DNA from: a virus
IMG/VR virus record: IMGVR_UViG_3300002835_000025
Length of the DNA: 64,000 bases
Strand: one strand, 5' to 3'
Below the pieces are notes generated by a model. It did no database searches and was not told the DNA's origin. It was given only the letters and a program-made list of their open reading frames with translations. The translations under genes were made by a program, and so were the position numbers. Numbering within the stretch: position 1 is the stretch's first letter; every line of letters begins with the position of its first letter. Below, in pieces: positions 1-9,027 of the stretch.

Positions 1-297
1 TTTGACATTACTAATTTCCAAAAGAAATATATCAAATTAGTAGTTGAAAACAAAACTGACTTTTATAAATTTGACCAATTTATTAACAAGTTATATGACT
101 CTAATATTCATGAACTAAAAATACTAGAAGACCTTTCAGACTTCTCTGAAGGAGATATTGATTCGGAATCCATCAATATAGAAAATACTCTTGATGTATT
201 AGAAAATTATATTGATTCTATTGCCGATGAATCTAACAAGTCTGATATTAAACTATTTCTTAGAACGTTATATTTGGAAGCTCAGGAGTCATTATGA
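1..297 (+). CDS. 47: C-terminal part of recombination endonuclease subunit gp47 (Mre11/SbcD-like), truncated by the window edge
   Basis: Frame 1 is open from base 1 (FDITNFQKKYIKLVVENKTDFYKFDQFI...LYLEAQESL) to TGA 295-297, overlapping the gp46 start; canonical 47-46 order. Confidence 0.85.
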   Translation, partial: FDITNFQKKYIKLVVENKTDFYKFDQFINKLYDSNIHELKILEDLSDFSEGDIDSESINIENTLDVLENYIDSIADESNKSDIKLFLRTLYLEAQESL

Positions 298-2006
298 TAC
301 AGTTCAAGTCAATAGAATGGTCAAATTTATTATCAACCGGTAATGTTCCTAATAGAATCCAATTAGATAGTCATAACACTACTCTTATTATTGGAAAAAA
401 TGGTAATGGAAAATCGACAGTTCTTGACGCATTAACTTTCGTGTTATTCGGGAAATCATTCAGAAGCATTAGCAAGAACCAATTGATAAATTCCATCAAT
501 GGAAAAAATACTAAAGTTTCGGTAGAATTTGATACAAATGGAAGTTCTTACAAAGTAATTCGTGGAATAAAACCAAACATTTTTGAAATATACAAAAATG
601 AAGAATTATTAACACAAGACGCCGCATTAAAAGATTATCAACTAATCCTTGAACAACAAATTCTTAAAATGAATTATAGAGCATTCACTCAAGTGGTAAT
701 TCTTGGTTCATCATCATTCGTTCCTTTCATGCAATTATCAACAGGGAATCGAAGAGAAGTCATAGAAGATATTCTTGACATACGAATTTTTAGTACTATG
801 AATTCTTTACTAAAAGAAAAAATCCAAACCACTAAAAGAGAATTGGAATTAGTAGACAATACTATTAATAGATCAAAGTCTGAAATTGAAAGCCAAAAGT
901 CCATAATAAAGAATTTAGAAACTAGCAAAAATAAACATGTTGATAGTATCAGAACCCGAATAGATAGTAATATTACTGAGATTAACGATACTAATGAATC
1001 TATATCAAAAATTGAATCTGAAGTTGATTCATTAGTAATGAGCATATCCGATGCAAATACAATCACTGAAGTCATATCACATGCTAAATCTTTATTAAGA
1101 ACTCATACTCATAATAATGATCTATTGGATAAGACTATAAAATTCTTTGACAATAATGAAAACTGTCCTCAGTGTTCACAGGAAATTCCTCATGAACATA
1201 AATTTTCCATAAAGGACAATCTAGTCTTAGAATATGAAATGAACAAATCAGAAATTGAAAGCATAACTTCAGAGATTACTAGTTATGTTCAAAGACAAAA
1301 AGAAATAGAGCAAATAGATAATAAAATTCGTCAATTGAGAAATGAAATATATACTTACAATTCAAAATTAGAAATATTAACTTCTCAAAACATATCACTA
1401 CAATCTGACATTGATAACCTTCAATTAGACAAGGGTGATATAGATAAAGAGAAATTAAAATTAAAAGAATTAGCAAACATTGCTATGGAAAATGTTAAAC
1501 AAAAAACTTCTCTACAAGAAAGAAGAAATATTGAAGACATATCATCAATTCTTTTAAAAGATACTGGTATAAAATCTGCAGTTATTCGTGAATACTTACC
1601 AGTAATGAATACACTAATAAATAAGTACCTTTCTGCAATGGATTTTTATGTTAAATTTGAACTTGATGAAACATTCTCAGAAACTATAAAATCAAGACAC
1701 CGCGACGATTTTACATATTCTAGCTTTTCTGAAGGTGAAAAGAATCGCATAGATTTAGCATTACTGTTTGCATGGAGAGAAATAGCAAAACTTAAGAACT
1801 CTGCAAATACTAATCTATTATTACTGGATGAGGTATTAGATGGTAGTCTTGATGTTAATGGTACAGATTTCATTATAAATTTATTGACTCAACTTGGTGA
1901 TATTTGTAATGTGTTCGTTATTAGCCACAATATAGATCAAATAGTCGATAAATTTGACAGAGTATTAACCGTAGAAAAAAGAAATGATTTTAGTGTAATT
2001 ATTTGA
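294..2006 (+). CDS. 46: Recombination endonuclease ATPase subunit gp46 (Rad50/SbcC-like)
   Basis: Walker A GKNGNGKST, Zn-hook CPQC, signature FSEGEK, Walker B LLLDEVLD, long coiled coil. Confidence 0.97.
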   Translation: MIQFKSIEWSNLLSTGNVPNRIQLDSHNTTLIIGKNGNGKSTVLDALTFVLFGKSFRSISKNQLINSINGKNTKVSVEFDTNGSSYKVIRGIKPNIFEIYKNEELLTQDAALKDYQLILEQQILKMNYRAFTQVVILGSSSFVPFMQLSTGNRREVIEDILDIRIFSTMNSLLKEKIQTTKRELELVDNTINRSKSEIESQKSIIKNLETSKNKHVDSIRTRIDSNITEINDTNESISKIESEVDSLVMSISDANTITEVISHAKSLLRTHTHNNDLLDKTIKFFDNNENCPQCSQEIPHEHKFSIKDNLVLEYEMNKSEIESITSEITSYVQRQKEIEQIDNKIRQLRNEIYTYNSKLEILTSQNISLQSDIDNLQLDKGDIDKEKLKLKELANIAMENVKQKTSLQERRNIEDISSILLKDTGIKSAVIREYLPVMNTLINKYLSAMDFYVKFELDETFSETIKSRHRDDFTYSSFSEGEKNRIDLALLFAWREIAKLKNSANTNLLLLDEVLDGSLDVNGTDFIINLLTQLGDICNVFVISHNIDQIVDKFDRVLTVEKRNDFSVII

Positions 2007-2014
2007 AAATAAAT

Positions 2015-2044
2015 GTTTACTTTTCGATAAGCATATAGTATAAT
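2015..2044 (+). promoter_or_regulatory. Early (sigma70-type) phage promoter; example of a family of about 25 copies in the window
   Basis: GTTTAC-N18-TATAAT. Similar G(T/G)(T/G)TAC-N17/18-TATAAT sites near 3055, 3810, 7862, 9590, 11574, 13309, 15679, 25309, 35091, 35520, 35803, 36794, 38124, 39850, 42735, 44175, 46700, 47059, 50087, 51494, 54946, 57784, 58754, 59888, 60501, 63159. Confidence 0.8.
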
Positions 2045-2081
2045 AGACTCATATTAAATAACCATGAAGAGTAATTAAATT

Positions 2082-2285
2082 ATGAAAACCCAAACTGTAG
2101 AAGCTGAAGTTTTAGAAGTAAGAGCTTATATGACAAGCAAATCATATACTGCAAAAGTTTATATTCCAATCGAAGGTTGTCTCTCAATGGACAAGATGTA
2201 CTTCAATGGTAATACTAAAACTGAAGCAAAACAAAAAGCAAGAAATACTTTAAAAGTTAAAGGTTTTGCTGTAAAGTTTGTATAA
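2082..2285 (+). CDS. Hypothetical early protein
   Basis: 67-aa ORF behind an early promoter and a GAG RBS. Confidence 0.65.
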   Translation: MKTQTVEAEVLEVRAYMTSKSYTAKVYIPIEGCLSMDKMYFNGNTKTEAKQKARNTLKVKGFAVKFV

Positions 2286-2293
2286 GGAATAGA

Positions 2294-2370
2294 GGGCCTC
2301 TAGCTCAATTGGTTAGAGCATCCGACTCATAATCGGCAGGTTTCAGGTTCAAGTCCTGAGTGGCCCACCA
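2294..2370 (+). tRNA. tRNA with CAT anticodon (Ile2/Met)
   Basis: Cloverleaf GGGCCTC...GTGGCCC-A-CCA, anticodon loop CTCATAA, T-loop TTCAAGT. Confidence 0.9.
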
Positions 2371-2374
2371 AATG

Positions 2375-2490
2375 GCATCATCGGAATTACTGTAAAATTC
2401 CTTAGCCTATCGGGAATTAAATAAGATAGGAGTGCACCGAACCAGCTTGTGCACAATGAGTGGACTGGTGACAGCTTGGAAAGACAAGCA
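2375..2490 (+). ncRNA. Structured non-tRNA small RNA inside the tRNA cluster (possibly analogous to T4 RNA C/D)
   Basis: Four hairpins (GGAATT/AATTCC, CCTATC/GATAGG, GTGCAC/GTGCAC, GCTTG/CAAGC), possible ACCAG/CTGGT pseudoknot; GC-rich relative to the genome; no ORF. Confidence 0.55.
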
Positions 2491-2501
2491 CATTATAATT
2501 T

Positions 2502-2576
2502 CTCCATGTAGCATAATGGTAGTGTGTGGGTCCGCAAAACCTTAAGGTATCGGTTCAAATCCGGTCATGGAGTCCA
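2502..2576 (+). tRNA. tRNA-Cys(GCA)
   Basis: CTCCATG/CATGGAG acceptor stem, U73 discriminator, CCA, anticodon loop CCGCAAA (C instead of U33). Confidence 0.8.
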
Positions 2577-2597
2577 ATTGCATAAATACGAAATAAT

Positions 2598-2681
2598 GGA
2601 GGTCGAGCGGCATAGGTGACTGCGGCGGACTGTAAATCCGTGCCCAAAGGGCACCTGGTTCGAATCCAGGGATCTCCACCA
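2598..2681 (+). tRNA. tRNA-Tyr(GTA)
   Basis: GGAGGTC/GATCTCC-A-CCA, loop CTGTAAA, long variable arm GCCC-AAA-GGGC, TTCGAAT. Confidence 0.92.
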
Positions 2682-2701
2682 ATTACAAAGACTTATTAGG
2701 T

Positions 2702-2775
2702 GTGACTATGACGGAATTGGTAGACGTCCTCGATTGTGATTCGAGATTTTGTGGGTTCAAGTCCCACTAGTCACC
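2702..2775 (+). tRNA. tRNA-His(GTG)
   Basis: GTGACTA/TAGTCAC-C, anticodon loop TTGTGAT, TTCAAGT; CCA not encoded (CCT). Confidence 0.85.
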
Positions 2776-2792
2776 CCTAATAAGTTTTAAAT

Positions 2793-2867
2793 GCCCTATT
2801 AGTATAATGGTTATTACAATTGACTTGTAATCTTTAGATTTCGGTTCGATTCCGGAATGGGGCTCCA
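2793..2867 (+). tRNA. tRNA-Thr(TGT) with a weak anticodon stem
   Basis: GCCCTAT/ATGGGGC-T-CCA, loop CTTGTAA, TTCGATT; two T-T mismatches in the anticodon stem. Confidence 0.75.
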
Positions 2868-2925
2868 AATGTAGAAATGGTGCTAGGCGTGGCCCACGTT
2901 AAAAACAGAATACGCCCTTTATATT

Positions 2926-2999
2926 GCGGGATTAGTTTAATGATAGAACAGCAGATTTCCAATCTCCTAGTAAGGGTTTGATTCCCTTATCCCGCTCCA
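2926..2999 (+). tRNA. tRNA-Gly(TCC)
   Basis: GCGGGAT/ATCCCGC-T-CCA, loop TTTCCAA; T-loop TTTGATT variant. Confidence 0.85.
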
Positions 3000-3026
3000 A
3001 TCACTCTCCTAAGGTGACAACACTAT

Positions 3027-3054
3027 AGCTCAATTAAATATTGAGCTTTTTTTT
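3027..3054 (+). terminator. Rho-independent terminator closing the tRNA cluster
   Basis: AGCTCAAT-taaat-ATTGAGCT followed by a T run. Confidence 0.85.
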
Positions 3055-3101
3055 GTGTACAATCTGGAAAATTAGTGTATAATGGTACCATACTAACTTA
3101 A

Positions 3102-3509
3102 ATGGGAATTATAATGAATAAGAAATTATCAAAAGAAGCCAAATTGAAACATGATTGGATGGACTTTAATAAACAATACAGAGGCCAACCAAAATTGAAA
3201 ATGACGTTTGACGAATATACTAATTGGATTTTTGGTAAAACGCCTAAACCTAAAGCATCTAACAAAGCAATAATAGTTGGAAGACCTTGTTGGGCAACTA
3301 AAGATAATATACCATCATTGATAGGAAATTCTAAAGCTAGTCTAGGTAAAAATTCAATGGTAGAAAAAGTAACACAAGGAAAAATTACGGGCGATGCTGC
3401 AGAAAAAATTATTCGTAATTCCAAAAGAATAGGAATAGCATATAATAAGGGTAGTTATCAGTATATCACTGATGAAACAGATGCTAAAACTATTGGAAAA
3501 AAGATTTAA
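3102..3509 (+). CDS. Conserved T4-like hypothetical protein
   Basis: Basic ORF ending in an AYNKGSYQYI motif; early promoter upstream. Confidence 0.7.
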   Translation: MGIIMNKKLSKEAKLKHDWMDFNKQYRGQPKLKMTFDEYTNWIFGKTPKPKASNKAIIVGRPCWATKDNIPSLIGNSKASLGKNSMVEKVTQGKITGDAAEKIIRNSKRIGIAYNKGSYQYITDETDAKTIGKKI

Positions 3510-3517
3510 GGACATAT

Positions 3518-3808
3518 ATGTTGTGCATTTCAGATCAAATAGTTTCAATGGTTACACTCTTCTTCTCATCGTTTTTCATAATAATGTTATTAGGAGTTCA
3601 ATCACAATTAGTCAAAAATAAGGAAGTACTGCCGTCATTCTGTACAGCATTAATGGTAGGTTCTTTACAATTATTCTTATACAAAGCAACACCAAATGCT
3701 GGACTAGCAGAATCTGCATGTTATATCATTGGAGGTGCTTTAGGATTAGTTTCATCAATCTATGTTCATAATCTATGGCTAAAAATAACCGGACAAACTG
3801 AAAAATAA
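3518..3808 (+). CDS. Small membrane protein
   Basis: Three hydrophobic segments. Confidence 0.6.
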   Translation: MLCISDQIVSMVTLFFSSFFIIMLLGVQSQLVKNKEVLPSFCTALMVGSLQLFLYKATPNAGLAESACYIIGGALGLVSSIYVHNLWLKITGQTEK

Positions 3809-3876
3809 AGTGTACATATTCACGGAACATGTATATAATAGACTCATACTAAATAAACTTGAAGAGGAACTACATC

Positions 3877-4254
3877 ATGGCTACATATTATAAAGACGAA
3901 ATATATGTCGGAAAATTTTCATACCCAAATGGCAAACAATCGCACATAATTCTTGCTTGTAAAGAAACTGAATATTCTGAAACTTGGAAAACTTGCATTG
4001 ATAGACCATTGATACTAACAGGAACATTAGATGAAGAACGTCATTATGACTATCGTTTACCAACTATTGAAGAATGGGATTTCATTTTTGACACTCTTCC
4101 AGAAGAAGAATTTTCATTAGGAGCTCATTGGTCGAGTACTAAATACCTATATGACCAAATATGGGGAAGATCTACAATGGGAATTAGTTATGGACCAATG
4201 ACAGAACTCCACATTTGTAGAAAAATTCGTACTGTTGATTTAGGAGCTGAATAA
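3877..4254 (+). CDS. Hypothetical early protein
   Basis: Promoter plus GAGG RBS before ATG 3877; YRLPTIEE motif. Confidence 0.65.
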   Translation: MATYYKDEIYVGKFSYPNGKQSHIILACKETEYSETWKTCIDRPLILTGTLDEERHYDYRLPTIEEWDFIFDTLPEEEFSLGAHWSSTKYLYDQIWGRSTMGISYGPMTELHICRKIRTVDLGAE

Positions 4255-4700
4255 TGAGAATTGAAGACTTTCCAGAAATTATTGAAGTTCAGGATTATTT
4301 TAGTGGTAATTATTTTACTGAACATAAAAATATTTTGTCCAATACTACTTATCGTGAACTTGAACCTAAAAGTGGTTACACCTTAACCATTAAGAACAAT
4401 AATGATTATGAAGAACTAGTAAAAGAATCTAATTTATTTCAATTCTATCATGCAAACGAATATCTTGGAGCTTGGTCATATTATAAAGCACAATTGCCAA
4501 TTTATATTGAAGGCAACTTTACCGATGTTCTATATGAAGATAAGATAAAATTCGAACAGGAATATGGCATCAAATTAGTAACTGGAGTTGTTGATCGATT
4601 CTATAGTGGAAATTATTGCAATGCTGGTAATGTGCAATTTCCATATCGCCTTTACATTTATGAAGATTATGAATTAGGAGACTACAAAAATGATTACTAA
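4254..4700 (+). CDS. Hypothetical protein
   Basis: 148-aa ORF coupled to the upstream stop. Confidence 0.65.
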   Translation: MRIEDFPEIIEVQDYFSGNYFTEHKNILSNTTYRELEPKSGYTLTIKNNNDYEELVKESNLFQFYHANEYLGAWSYYKAQLPIYIEGNFTDVLYEDKIKFEQEYGIKLVTGVVDRFYSGNYCNAGNVQFPYRLYIYEDYELGDYKNDY

Positions 4701-4964
4701 TACTACGATGATTGCTGCCATTATTATCTTTACAATTATCATTATGGAATTTTACGATGACAACTTCCGTTGAGATTTACCCATATTGGGCTCGATATAT
4801 AGCAAAGGATGCTGATGGACAATGGAACTGTTTTGAATATTCACCAACATATGATGGTATAAAATGGACTTCGCCATATAAGACAAAACGGATGAAAATT
4901 AAGAATGTTAACACCGTGGACCCGGAAAAATCTTATACGGTTCTACCTCAACGAGGAAGATGAT

Positions 4965-5369
4965 ATGAGTTTAGCGTTTTCAGATGACTATGACAGAGGA
5001 GCAAGAATGACTCAATTTGAATATGATCAGAAATATGTTTCAAAATTAAATGATGTAAAAGCATCGCAAACAGCTACTACTGGTGGAAGAAAATTTGATG
5101 GTGGTAAACCAGAGTTTGGTCTTATTCCACCATTAGCACTTACTGAAACTGCCAGAGTAATGACTTATGGTGCTCATAAATATGAACCTGATAACTGGAT
5201 TCATGTACCAGATGCTAAACGCAGATATTTTAATGCTGCTCAAAGACACCAATGGGAATATCGTGAAGGTGAGGAATTAGATTCCGAATCTCAACTTCAT
5301 CATATTGCTCATGCTATCTGCAATTTAATGTTCCTTTATGAACATGTAGTAAAATATTCAAAGGAATAA
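4965..5369 (+). CDS. dATP/dGTP diphosphohydrolase-like (DUF5664-type) protein
   Basis: GRKFDGGKP..LIPP, YGAHKY..DNW, LDSESQLHHIAHAICN motifs; GAGG RBS before 4965. Confidence 0.75.
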   Translation: MSLAFSDDYDRGARMTQFEYDQKYVSKLNDVKASQTATTGGRKFDGGKPEFGLIPPLALTETARVMTYGAHKYEPDNWIHVPDAKRRYFNAAQRHQWEYREGEELDSESQLHHIAHAICNLMFLYEHVVKYSKE

Positions 5370-5426
5370 TGTTTAAAATTTAAGCAAACTGTGATATAAT
5401 ATCATTTTATTAATTATGGAGTTATT

Positions 5427-6089
5427 ATGAAACTTAGCAAAGACACGTTATCTGTATTAAAAAACTATAGTAGTATTAATCAAAATATTTTATTTTCTCC
5501 TGGAAATATTCTAAAAACCAGAACAATCCAAAACACTCTATTATCAACAGCAACAGTATCTGACACATTCCCTATTGAATTTGGCATTTACGATCTATCA
5601 GAGTTCCTTAGTGTATTATCATTATTTCAAAATCCTGAATTAGAATTTAATGAAAAATATGTTAAAATCTTTGAAGAAAATAATTCCATAAAATATTATG
5701 CTGCTGATGAATCGGTTCTTGAAGTTCCAAAAAAGGACATCAATTTTCCAGAAGCAGAGATTCAGTTGTTACTCACTGCTGAAAATTTATCACTTATCAG
5801 TAAAACTGCATCAGTATTAAAAGCGTCTGATGTGTCATTTGTTGGTCAAGATGGTCAAGTCAAAATTGTAGTTGCTGATAAGAAAAATGACACTTCAAAT
5901 TCTTTTGAATTGGAACTTGGTAATACAGACTTAGAATTCAAAGTTAATGTTAAAGTTGACATGCTAAAATTTATCCCAGGAGAATATCAAGTTTCTATTT
6001 CTTCTAAAAGAGTATCAAGATTCTCTTCAACAACATCTGATTTAGTCTATTATGTCGGTATCGAGGCAGATTCTACTTTTAATATCTAA
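5427..6089 (+). CDS. 45: Sliding clamp gp45
   Basis: MKLSKDTLSVLKNYSSINQNI, FGIYDLSEFL; lies before the clamp loader. Confidence 0.96.
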   Translation: MKLSKDTLSVLKNYSSINQNILFSPGNILKTRTIQNTLLSTATVSDTFPIEFGIYDLSEFLSVLSLFQNPELEFNEKYVKIFEENNSIKYYAADESVLEVPKKDINFPEAEIQLLLTAENLSLISKTASVLKASDVSFVGQDGQVKIVVADKKNDTSNSFELELGNTDLEFKVNVKVDMLKFIPGEYQVSISSKRVSRFSSTTSDLVYYVGIEADSTFNI

Positions 6090-6104
6090 TAGGAACTTTA
6101 TATA

Positions 6105-7055
6105 ATGAACACTATTGACAATCAATTCTTATGGGTAGAAAAATACCGTCCTCAAAATATAGAAGACTGCATTCTTCCTGAATCTCTCAAAACAACATTT
6201 AAAGAATTTGTAAGCAAATCACAACTTCCAAATTTTCTTTTATCAGGAACTGCTGGCGTTGGTAAAACAACAATAGCAAAAGCTCTATGTAATGAAATTG
6301 GTGCTGAATATATTGTCATTAATGGATCAGATGAAGGAAGATCCATTGAAGTATTAAGAGGTACTATTCGAAGTTTTGCTTCAACTGTATCTCTTACTGA
6401 TTCTAAAAAGGTAATCATTATTGATGAAGCTGATTATATGAATCCCAATTCTGTCCAACCGGCTTTGCGTTCATTTATGGAAGAATTCTCTGCTAATTGC
6501 AGATTCATATTCACTTGTAATTTCAAAGATAGAATTATTGAACCACTTCACAGCAGATGCACATGCATTGAGTTTAAAATTTCTAATAAAGATAAACAAT
6601 TAATAGCTGCATTATTCTTTAAAAGAGTAACACAAATCTTAAAATCAGAAAATGTTGAATTTGATGCTAAGGTTGTATCTGAATTGGTCATCAAACACTT
6701 TCCAGATTATAGAAGAATATTGAATGAACTTCAAAGGTATTCTGTATCAGGTAAAATTGACGTTGGATTATTAGTGAATCTTTCTGATGATAATTTTTCT
6801 AATCTTGTTAAATTATTAAAAGAAAAGAACTTCACTGAGGTTCGTAAATGGGTAAGCAGTAATACTGACTCGGAACCTAGTGAAATTTATAGAAAACTAT
6901 ATGACAAAGCAATTGACTATTTGGAACAACCTAGCATTCCTGAAATTGTTCTAATTCTTGGCGAATGGGGATATCGTAATGCATTTGCCATTGACCGTGA
7001 AATTAACACAATGGCATGTTTGACTGAAATTATGGCAACCTGTAGGTTTAAATAG
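6105..7055 (+). CDS. 44: Clamp loader large subunit gp44
   Basis: LWVEKYRP, GVGKTT, IIDEAD, SRC motifs. Confidence 0.97.
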   Translation: MNTIDNQFLWVEKYRPQNIEDCILPESLKTTFKEFVSKSQLPNFLLSGTAGVGKTTIAKALCNEIGAEYIVINGSDEGRSIEVLRGTIRSFASTVSLTDSKKVIIIDEADYMNPNSVQPALRSFMEEFSANCRFIFTCNFKDRIIEPLHSRCTCIEFKISNKDKQLIAALFFKRVTQILKSENVEFDAKVVSELVIKHFPDYRRILNELQRYSVSGKIDVGLLVNLSDDNFSNLVKLLKEKNFTEVRKWVSSNTDSEPSEIYRKLYDKAIDYLEQPSIPEIVLILGEWGYRNAFAIDREINTMACLTEIMATCRFK

Positions 7056-7063
7056 GATATATT

Positions 7064-7447
7064 ATGACTAAGCCATTTGAATTTGTTAATGCTATAAATT
7101 ATACTAAGGAATACTTGTTTAATGACCCACAATCTGAAAAGGATTACAATTCATTTTTGGTAAATAGAAGTCTGTCATACTTTGTTGATACTATCATGTT
7201 TGCTTCAGAAATGAATAGGTATCCTCAATTGACAAACAAACAACAATTCGACTATTATATAAATATCATTGCAAGGAAAAAGCGTTTCTCGAAGTGGGCT
7301 GAAAAGGAATCAAAATCTGATAACTTAGATGCGGTCTGTTCATATTATGGATATTCTAAACAGAGAGGTAAAGATGTTTTGGATATGCTAAGCAGTGAAC
7401 AGATCAAGTTCATAAAAGAGAAACAATATACAGGTGGTCGAAAATGA
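7064..7447 (+). CDS. 62: Clamp loader small subunit gp62
   Basis: YNSFLVNRSLSY, KKRFSKW, YYGYS; synteny. Confidence 0.93.
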   Translation: MTKPFEFVNAINYTKEYLFNDPQSEKDYNSFLVNRSLSYFVDTIMFASEMNRYPQLTNKQQFDYYINIIARKKRFSKWAEKESKSDNLDAVCSYYGYSKQRGKDVLDMLSSEQIKFIKEKQYTGGRK

Positions 7448-7860
7448 TTGAAAACTATGACAACTTGACCGATAATATGTTAGAGATTGCCATACCTGAG
7501 CCAGACAGTTTTTTAAAAATAAAAGAAACTCTGTCACGTATTGGGGTTGCTTCAAAAAAGGACAATATATTATATCAGTCATGCCACATACTACACAAAC
7601 AAGGAAGATATTATTTAGTTCATTTCAAAGAATTATTTGCTCTTGACGGAAAGGAATCTAATATTTCTCAAGATGATATCGAAAGAAGAAATGCAATTGC
7701 TATATTATTACAAGATTGGAATCTGTTAAAAGTTATTGATGCTAATAAAGTTATTAAGAGAGCTTCATTATCGTCTATTAAAATTTTAACATACCAAGAA
7801 AAATCAGAATGGACATTAACCCCGAAATATAATATTGGTGTTAGAAAACAATCCAAATAA
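7444..7860 (+). CDS. regA: Translational repressor RegA
   Basis: FLKIKETLSRIG, LYQSCHILHKQGRYYLVHFKELF. Confidence 0.97.
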   Translation: MIENYDNLTDNMLEIAIPEPDSFLKIKETLSRIGVASKKDNILYQSCHILHKQGRYYLVHFKELFALDGKESNISQDDIERRNAIAILLQDWNLLKVIDANKVIKRASLSSIKILTYQEKSEWTLTPKYNIGVRKQSK

Positions 7861-7920
7861 TGTTTACAATTCGTTATTTGTATGATATAATTATTTTTTA
7901 TTAACAAACTGGAATATAAT

Positions 7921-8109
7921 ATGACACAACCTTTAGATGAAAATACTACAGAATTGAACATCGTCTTAACAATCACTGATGTAAATAAATTACTAGCAAT
8001 TCTAGGCAAATATCCATTCGATGAAATTAATGCGTTAATTGGTAAAATTTATGCTCAAGGCGAGGCACAGATTAAAGAACTATTGCCGACAGAAGAGCCA
8101 ACAGAATAA
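7921..8109 (+). CDS. Hypothetical protein
   Basis: 62-aa ORF after a promoter. Confidence 0.6.
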   Translation: MTQPLDENTTELNIVLTITDVNKLLAILGKYPFDEINALIGKIYAQGEAQIKELLPTEEPTE

Positions 8110-8114
8110 GTTGT

Positions 8115-8207
8115 TTGTTCTGATGGGGAACATTAAAACTCATCAAAAACAAATCACGTCTTCGGAGTGATTATTACTAAAATCTCGCTGAAAAGGAGAA
8201 CATTATG
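8115..8207 (+). promoter_or_regulatory. ROSE-like RNA thermometer in the hsp20 5' UTR
   Basis: Two upstream hairpins (one with a cTTCGg loop), then TCTCGCT-gaaa-AGGAGA pairing the UYGCU motif with the Shine-Dalgarno. Confidence 0.6.
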
Positions 8208-8657
8208 TTAGCAAATCAATTAGTTCAATTCGATAAAGAACTCTTAAAATTCTTTGTAGGATTTGATACACATTCAGAAGCAATTAGAAAAGCCACTGAA
8301 AATCTTAAAAATCAGAAGTCTTATCCTCCGTATAATATTAAAACGGTTGGTGATAATTCTTACATAATTGAGATTGCTGTTGCTGGTTTTAGCCGTAATG
8401 ATATTGATGTGGAACTTTATAACAGAACACTGACTGTGACTGGTAAATCCGCGGAACCAGATGATAGTGTTTACTTGTATAAAGGATTGGCATCAAGAGC
8501 ATTTACTAGAACTTTTACAATTGCTGAAAATGTGGTAGTATCTGAAATTAAGTTAAACGATGGTATGTTGCGTATCTTTCTTGACCATATCATCCCAGAG
8601 GAACTTCGTCCTCGTAAACTTGAAATCAATACTTCCAATAATTTGTTGTTAGGTTAA
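8205..8657 (+). CDS. hsp20: Small heat shock protein (Hsp20/IbpA family)
   Basis: YPPYNI, IEIAVAGF, YLYKGLASRAFTRTF, DGMLRI. Confidence 0.95.
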   Translation: MLANQLVQFDKELLKFFVGFDTHSEAIRKATENLKNQKSYPPYNIKTVGDNSYIIEIAVAGFSRNDIDVELYNRTLTVTGKSAEPDDSVYLYKGLASRAFTRTFTIAENVVVSEIKLNDGMLRIFLDHIIPEELRPRKLEINTSNNLLLG

Positions 8658-8664
8658 ATTTTAT

Positions 8665-8695
8665 AGGGGGAATAGTTATCCCCCTTCTTTTTCTT
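8665..8695 (+). terminator. Rho-independent terminator
   Basis: AGGGGGA..TCCCCCT hairpin followed by a T-rich tail. Confidence 0.7.
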
Positions 8696-8707
8696 TATGG
8701 ATATATT

Positions 8708-9013
8708 ATGACACAAACAATACTCGCATTTCGTTTATTATCAGGCGATGAAGTTATTTCTATCATTGCTTCAGAAACTGATACAACTTACGAACTAGAA
8801 AACCCCGCTCAAATTGCAACTCAAATGACAGAATCTGGCAAGATTGGTCTTATGATTGCCGCTTTCCAACCTTATGCAGAATCAAATATCACTCTTAATA
8901 AACATGCTATTGCTTCTATTTGTATTCCTGCCCAAGGTCTTGCTGATGAATATAAATCAAAGTTTGAAGAGTCTCTAATCATCACTCCTCCTAATCAAAA
9001 AATTATCGTTTAG
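8708..9013 (+). CDS. Conserved T4-like hypothetical protein (small beta-barrel)
   Basis: RLLSGDEVI...LENP motif; typical neighbor of hsp20. Confidence 0.7.
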   Translation: MTQTILAFRLLSGDEVISIIASETDTTYELENPAQIATQMTESGKIGLMIAAFQPYAESNITLNKHAIASICIPAQGLADEYKSKFEESLIITPPNQKIIV

Positions 9014-9027
9014 ATTGGAGAAATAGA

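Noticed and set aside
2870-2920. Riboswitch-like element between tRNA-Thr and tRNA-Gly
   Set aside because: Only short alternative pairings of GGCGT; no family consensus I can support.
4965-5369. 2-aminoadenine (Z) genome
   Set aside because: No purZ or datZ is visible, and the domain alone is not diagnostic.
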